Source: a candidate division WOR-3 bacterium
Lineage (GTDB): Bacteria > Hydrothermota > Hydrothermia > LBFQ01 > DSFT01
Length of the DNA: 23,851 nt
Direction of reading: 5' to 3'
Assembly (NCBI GenBank): GCA_965649115.1
Contig: CBFGJN010000025.1
Coordinates: forward strand, 1-23,851
Shown here: one piece after another, positions 18,942-23,851 of the stretch
Numbering within the stretch: position 1 is the stretch's first letter
Layout: each line of letters starts with the position of its first letter
Notes under the pieces: model-generated
Databases searched by the model: none
Told to the model about the DNA's origin: nothing
What the model saw: only the letters and a program-made list of their open reading frames with translations
Translations under genes and position numbers: made by a program

Positions 18942-19612
18942 TGTTTATTATAATAAGTTCAGATTCAAAATTTAAATTAGATGGAGGTTATGTTATTTAT
19001 AATGTTGATGGACAAAACTATAAAGAAGAATTAATTCCTGCAAGTTTATTAAATTCAAAATTAGATTTTAAATATCTAAATCCTCTTCAAACGGTCTTTT
19101 ATAAATTTTATAATTCGGGTTCTGCTCTTATAGCAACACCAACTTCAAGTGGTAAAACAGTTTGTGCTCTTCATTTTATTCAGTCTCATAAAGGATTTAA
19201 AGTTTATACTACCCCTACAAAAGCACTTGCTAATGAAGTTTATAAATTTTTTAAGAAAGTTTTTCCAAATGTTGATTTAAGAACGGGCGATGTTATTGAA
19301 GAAGCTTATGAGATAAAATCAGATATTGTTGTTTGTACTTATGAAAGTTTGGTTCTTTCTTTGAGAAATAAAGGTTGGGGTTATTATGCAGATGCTGTTG
19401 TAGTAGATGAAATTCATTTTGTTTTTACTAATAGAGGAACAATAATTGAGGAAGTTGTTGCATTTATGAAGGATAGGGTTGATATACTTGGTCTTTCTGC
19501 CACACTTCCAAAGTATAAAGATATTGCTGAATGGATAAATGCTAAACTTGTAATAAAAAGTAATTTTAGACCTGTTCCTATTTTTAAAACTGACGAGGAT
19601 TTAAAAATATAA
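18941..19612 (+). CDS. Ski2/Hel308-like DExH helicase, first RecA domain only (truncated)
   Basis: TPTSSGKT, PTKALA, RTGD, TYE, DEIH, GLSAT and RPVP motifs, then stop. Motifs IV-VI are missing. Confidence 0.8.
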   Translation: MFIIISSDSKFKLDGGYVIYNVDGQNYKEELIPASLLNSKLDFKYLNPLQTVFYKFYNSGSALIATPTSSGKTVCALHFIQSHKGFKVYTTPTKALANEVYKFFKKVFPNVDLRTGDVIEEAYEIKSDIVVCTYESLVLSLRNKGWGYYADAVVVDEIHFVFTNRGTIIEEVVAFMKDRVDILGLSATLPKYKDIAEWINAKLVIKSNFRPVPIFKTDEDLKI

Positions 19613-20832
19613 TGGAAAAGGTACTAGAAATTTTAAATTCATTTATTAATTATGAGAAAATTGGTACAATTCCAAGGGATTTAGAAGTTTTTAAGGATTT
19701 TCTTAAAAAGATAGGTAGTCCTCATGAAAAATTAAAAAATGTTATTCATATTGTAGGGACAAAAGGTAAGGGTTCAGTTAGTTTTTACCTTTCAAGATTC
19801 TTGATAAATTCAGGATTTAAAGTTGGGACATATATATCTCCACATATATTAGATGTTAGAGAAAGAATAATGTTAAATTTGAAACCTATTTCTGAAAATG
19901 ATTTTGTAAGTTTATTTTATGAAGTTTATAATAATATGGATTATAAAAAAAAGCATTTTAGAACATATTTTGAGACATTAACTGCTATGGCATTTTTATA
20001 TTTTTATTATGAAAATTGTGATTATTGTGTAATTGAAGCAGGACTTGGTGGAAGACTTGATGCTACTAATGTTTTTAATAAGAGTAATGTAATAATTACA
20101 AAAATCCACTTTGACCATATGCATATTCTTGGTAATACTTTAAGCCAAATAGCTTTTGAAAAGGCAAGTGTAATAAAAGAAAATTCATTAGTTTTTACAA
20201 GTTATCAAGAAAGTGAAGCTTTTGAAGTTATAAAAAGAATTACAGAAGAAAGAAATTCAAAATTAATTTTTGTTGAATTTGAAGTTTTGGAAAATTCCTT
20301 AGAGGGTGTTAAATTTAAAATAGATAATAGAATTTTTAAAACGCCTTTAATAGGTAATTTTCAAGCTTATAATTGTGCTTTATCAATTAAGGCATTTGAG
20401 GAAATTACAAAAATCAAATTTAATCAGAGTTTATTTGAAGGCGTTAGAATTCCTTATAGGTTTGAAATTATTGAAATGAATAATAAAAAAATTATTCTTG
20501 ATGTTGCACATAATTACTTGTCAATCCTTGAAGTTATAAATAATGCGATAAAACTCTTTAAAAAAGAACCTATAATTATTTTTTCATTAGCAAAAGATAA
20601 GGATTTAGAAAATATATCAAAAATTATTGATCAATTTTTTGTTTTGCTTGTGGATATAGAAAATCCAAGATTATTTAAACCTTACGAAATTTCAAAATTT
20701 CTAAAAAACTATAAAATTTTTGAAAATATCAAATTGGCATTTGAATATGCATTAAATAGTCAATATGAAATTATTATTATTACAGGTTCAACTTATTTGG
20801 TTTCTGAATTTTTGAAAAAAGTAAAGGTATAG
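19612..20832 (+). CDS. folC: Folylpolyglutamate synthase/dihydrofolate synthase
   Basis: IHIVGTKGKGS, SPH...RERI, TYFE..T, EAGLGGRLDATN, DVAHN and TGS.YLV motifs. Confidence 0.95.
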   Translation: MEKVLEILNSFINYEKIGTIPRDLEVFKDFLKKIGSPHEKLKNVIHIVGTKGKGSVSFYLSRFLINSGFKVGTYISPHILDVRERIMLNLKPISENDFVSLFYEVYNNMDYKKKHFRTYFETLTAMAFLYFYYENCDYCVIEAGLGGRLDATNVFNKSNVIITKIHFDHMHILGNTLSQIAFEKASVIKENSLVFTSYQESEAFEVIKRITEERNSKLIFVEFEVLENSLEGVKFKIDNRIFKTPLIGNFQAYNCALSIKAFEEITKIKFNQSLFEGVRIPYRFEIIEMNNKKIILDVAHNYLSILEVINNAIKLFKKEPIIIFSLAKDKDLENISKIIDQFFVLLVDIENPRLFKPYEISKFLKNYKIFENIKLAFEYALNSQYEIIIITGSTYLVSEFLKKVKV

Positions 20833-20882
20833 CCTTATTTCGTCGGGCAACTATTGGTTTATTAGAATTATTGAACAATGCA
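20824..20882 (+). repeat. Short remnant (I) of the repeat's right end
   Basis: AAGGTATAGCCTT hairpin remnant and TTAGAATTATTGAACAATGCA, resembling TTAGAATTATTGGACAAAGCA. Confidence 0.5.
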
Positions 20883-20916
20883 AAATATAGAAAAATAAAT
20901 GCTTTAAAATTTTATT

Positions 20917-21297
20917 TTGTTAGTTAATGGAACACTTGTTTGGTATTATTATATATGTAAAAGACAGGTTTGGCTTCTTTCTCGTTCAATAAGCTCAGAC
21001 CAAGAAAACGAATTATTATTAATAGAATTAGAATTGATTTTTTAAAAGACAGAATTGTAGCTGAAATTAAAAAAAGTTCCAAGTTTATATTAGCTTCAAA
21101 AATGCAATTAGCATTTTATCTTTACTATCTTAAACATTTTAAAAATGTTTTATTGAGTGGTGAGTTAGTTTTTCCTGAGGAAATTAGAAAAAACAATTTC
21201 TGAAATTGAAAGTACTATTAAAGCTAATTTACCACCTAAACCTATTAAAATTGGATATTGTAAGAGGTGCGCTTTTAAGGAAATGTGTTGGAGTTGA
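20917..21297 (+). pseudogene. cas4: Cas4 with two frameshifting internal deletions
   Basis: Three frame segments: LVNGTLVWYYYICKRQVWL..., IRID...EIKKS...MQL.FYLYYLK...GEL.FPEE, and LPPKPIKIGYCKRCAFKEMCWS*. The stop abuts the cas1 ATG. Confidence 0.9.
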
Positions 21298-22272
21298 ATG
21301 AAAAGGACATTATATATTTTTTCTGATGGAAAAATTTATAGAAAAGAGAATACGATATTTTTAGAAACAAAAGATAGTAAAAAATCACTCCCTATAAATG
21401 CTATAACTGATATCCAAGTTTTTGGTGAGGTTGAGATAAATAAAAAATTGCTTGAATTTTTAACAAAAAATAAAGTTTGTGTTCATTTTTTTAATAGATA
21501 TGGCTATTATATTGGCTCTTATTATCCAAGAGAATTTTATAATTCGGGATTTATTATTTTAGAACAAGCAAAACATTATTTAGATATTGAAAAACGTTTA
21601 TTTTTAGCAAAACGTTTTGTTTTTGGAGCGATTTTAAATATCATTAAAAACTTAAAAGCTTATAATTTGAATAGTGAATTAAATGAAATTTCAAATAAAA
21701 TAGATGAATTAGAAAATTTAAAATCAATAGAAGAAGTAATGGCTTTTGAAGGTAATATAAGAAAAAATTATTATCAGGCTTTTAACAAGATAATTAAAAA
21801 TTCTGATTTTGAATTTGATGAAAGAGTTAAAGACCCACCAAATAATCCTATAAATGCCTTAATAAGTTTTGGGAATTCTTTGCTTTATATAACTGCTTTA
21901 AGCCAGATTTATAGAACTTATTTAGACCCAAGAATTGGTTATTTACACGAAACGAATTTTAGAAGCTTTTCTTTAAATCTTGATATTTCAGAAGTTTTTA
22001 AACCAATAATTGTTGATAGAGTGATATTTTCACTATTGAATAAAGGACAATTAAATCTAAATCATTTTTTAAGTGAGTTAAATGCTTGCTATTTAAATGA
22101 AGAAGGAGCAAAAATTTTTGTAAAATCATTTGAAGAGAAGCTAAATTCAACAATAGTTTATAAAAATATAGGAAAGGTAAGTTATAGAAGACTTATTAGG
22201 ATTGAATGTTATAAACTTTATAAACATTTTATAGGCGAAGAAATTTATCAACCTTTTGTAATAAAGGAGTAA
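21298..22272 (+). CDS. cas1: Type I-B Cas1
   Basis: LYIFSDG..RKENT, EGNIR..YY, PP.NPINALISFGNSLLY, LDPRIGYLH and LDISEVFKP motifs. Confidence 0.96.
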   Translation: MKRTLYIFSDGKIYRKENTIFLETKDSKKSLPINAITDIQVFGEVEINKKLLEFLTKNKVCVHFFNRYGYYIGSYYPREFYNSGFIILEQAKHYLDIEKRLFLAKRFVFGAILNIIKNLKAYNLNSELNEISNKIDELENLKSIEEVMAFEGNIRKNYYQAFNKIIKNSDFEFDERVKDPPNNPINALISFGNSLLYITALSQIYRTYLDPRIGYLHETNFRSFSLNLDISEVFKPIIVDRVIFSLLNKGQLNLNHFLSELNACYLNEEGAKIFVKSFEEKLNSTIVYKNIGKVSYRRLIRIECYKLYKHFIGEEIYQPFVIKE

Positions 22273-22538
22273 TGTTTGTAATTTTGGTTTATGATGTTAA
22301 TGAAAAGCGTGTTTATAAGGTTCATAAAATTTGCTCTAAGTACTTGACCTGGATACAAAATAGCGTTTTTGAAGGAGAAATAACCGAAGCACAATTAAGA
22401 ATATTAAAAGATGAATTAAAAGAAATCATTAATGAAAAAGAAGATTCAATAATTATTTATAAGTTTAGAACGAAGGCTTATTATGAAAGGGAAGATATAG
22501 GAGTTAAGAAACCCAAAAGTGATGATATTATTTTTTAA
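22272..22538 (+). CDS. cas2: Cas2
   Basis: ILVYDV...YL.WIQNSVFEGEIT...DSIIIY. Confidence 0.96.
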   Translation: MFVILVYDVNEKRVYKVHKICSKYLTWIQNSVFEGEITEAQLRILKDELKEIINEKEDSIIIYKFRTKAYYEREDIGVKKPKSDDIIF

Positions 22539-22969
22539 TTCATCAAATTCAATTTATCAAATTAAATTTAATAAATTATTCATTATCAATAACTTAAAAT
22601 TTTAATAGCTTTACCTCTATCGCTTTCTCAATAAAAATTCAATTTTTTGAAGTTTTAATTTGTCATTTTAATCTTATTTAAGTTGCTCATTTTCAATAAC
22701 TTAAATTTTTTGTTAAAATTTTAGGCTATCCTAAAGGTTTCTTATTTTGAAGGTGTTTTAATTTTTAAAAATTAAAGCAAAATATATTTAAAATTTCATC
22801 TTTATAATTTGTCTATTTACAAGAGTTTTTCAATATACTTTCATAATTTGTCAGGATAATAGAAATTAGTTATAGTCTTCAATGCCGACACCTATATGAA
22901 AGTTAATAAATACTTACCAAGTTTTAATTTGAATGAATTAAAGTTTTTGTAGATAGCATCTTTAATTGA

Positions 22970-23210
22970 TAGTGTTCGGAAACCCCCTTTCAAAAGTTAA
23001 AAAATTTAATAAGTTATTGATAGTCAATAATTTAGAGTTTTGGGGTATTTTTATAAGTTATTGATAATCAAGGATTTATAAAACATAATTTGGCTAATTA
23101 TGGATATAAAAATCTTCATTTGGAGAGGTGGGGGGTAGGTGTCCGAACATGGAGGTTGAAAAATTGAAAACTTATGTTTTAAAATTTTGAAGCTGGACTA
23201 CTTTGTTCGG
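22970..23210 (+). promoter_or_regulatory. CRISPR leader (approximate left boundary)
   Basis: Non-coding DNA between cas2 and the repeat. Inverted pair TGTTCGGA (~22974) / TCCGAACA (~23142) encloses IHF-like WATCAANNNNTTR boxes. Confidence 0.65.
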
Positions 23211-23241
23211 GTTTTTTATCGTCCCTATAAGGGATTGAAAC
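23211..23241 (+). CRISPR. Single type I-B-like CRISPR repeat, no array in the window
   Basis: GTTTTTTATCGTCCCTATAAGGGATTGAAAC has the ATTGAAAC 3' handle and a TCCCT/AGGGA stem. It lies downstream of cas1-cas2 and the leader. Confidence 0.8.
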
Positions 23242-23277
23242 CGAAAAAACTTGCAACTTTAAAATTTTCCTATAATT

Positions 23278-23851
23278 ATGACAAAATATAAATTCCTTGG
23301 TCAAGTTTGGACTCCAAGAGAAATAGTGGAATTTATGTTAGATAAAATAAATTTAAATTTTCCCAATTTAAGAATACTTGAACCTGCATGTGGTGAAGGG
23401 ATTTTTTTGGAAGTTTTGGTAAATAGGTTAAAAGGCAGAAGTTATGAAATCCATTGCGTTGATATAGATAAAAGGGCTTTGGAAATTGCACAAAGAAAGT
23501 TTTACAACAATCCGAATATCAAGTTCTTTTACATGGATTTCCTAAAAAAATTTAAAGGTTTTGGATATGACATCATAATATCAAATCCCCCATACATAAG
23601 GATACAAAATATACCGGACGGTTATAAGGACTTTTTGTTTAATAATTTTAAATTTTGCAGGGGTGATACCGATATATTTTATGCATTTATTGAGAAATCA
23701 CTAAGGATTTTAAACAATAAAGGGTATTTGGCATTTATAATACCCAATTCTTGGTTATGGTCAAAAGCAGGAGAACCGTTCAGAAATTTTTTAATGAAAA
23801 TGGAATACAATGTTGAGGTTTATGATTTTGATCACTTTCAAATTTTTAGTG
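23278..23851 (+). CDS. N6-adenine DNA methyltransferase, gamma class (TaqI/Eco57I-like), 3'-partial
   Basis: Translated by hand, absent from the ORF track: GQVWTP.EIV..M, ILEPACGEGIFL, DII.SNPPY, D.FYAFIE...L...G.LAFIIPNSW. Open to the window end. Confidence 0.92.
   Translation, partial: MTKYKFLGQVWTPREIVEFMLDKINLNFPNLRILEPACGEGIFLEVLVNRLKGRSYEIHCVDIDKRALEIAQRKFYNNPNIKFFYMDFLKKFKGFGYDIIISNPPYIRIQNIPDGYKDFLFNNFKFCRGDTDIFYAFIEKSLRILNNKGYLAFIIPNSWLWSKAGEPFRNFLMKMEYNVEVYDFDHFQIFS

Noticed and set aside
20970..21203. 77-aa ORF as an independent gene
   Set aside because: It is the middle frame segment of the broken cas4.
22790..22970. Possible decayed gene fragment between cas2 and the leader
   Set aside because: The frame I translated has several stops, no ORF is called here, and I recognise no motif.
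23242..23277. Post-repeat 36-mer as a CreA/CreR-like guide against the cas8 promoter (13-nt match ACTTTAAAATTTT, 23256-23268 vs 7073-7085)
   Set aside because: The match is the general promoter-like motif found before many genes. It lies outside the 5' seed region, and no second repeat-like sequence closes the unit.

Overview
This is a very AT-rich bacterial window. A V-type ATPase subunit and a T9SS-like sorting tail suggest an FCB/WOR-3-like organism (inference only). The left end (minus strand) holds a type I-B (Cst1/Cst2-type) Cascade operon, cas8-small subunit-cas7-cas5, with other defence modules inserted in it. An EcoRV-like restriction-modification pair sits between two diverged ~220-bp copies of the cas8 3' end. 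Two tandem small-protein/AbiEii-like nucleotidyltransferase pairs sit between cas7 and cas5. cas5 itself is cut by a ~200-bp non-coding repeat. That repeat occurs at least 9 times (whole or partial) and has 14-bp terminal inverted repeats, 10-bp target duplications, paired IHF-like boxes and covarying hairpins. Two repeat clusters bracket a three-gene island (DUF6575-like, SecB-like chaperone, ART-like toxin) that resembles a toxin-antitoxin-chaperone system. The middle is housekeeping and accessory genes: V-ATPase D, double-domain PTPS, ruvC, ruvA, an MBL hydrolase, MetE-N-like and MTHFR-like genes, a frameshifted BNR protein, pntA2, a truncated Ski2/Hel308-like helicase and folC. The right end has a cas4 pseudogene, cas1, cas2, a leader and only one CRISPR repeat, followed directly by an N6-adenine methyltransferase that runs off the window. 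Family assignments come from remembered motifs, not database searches.
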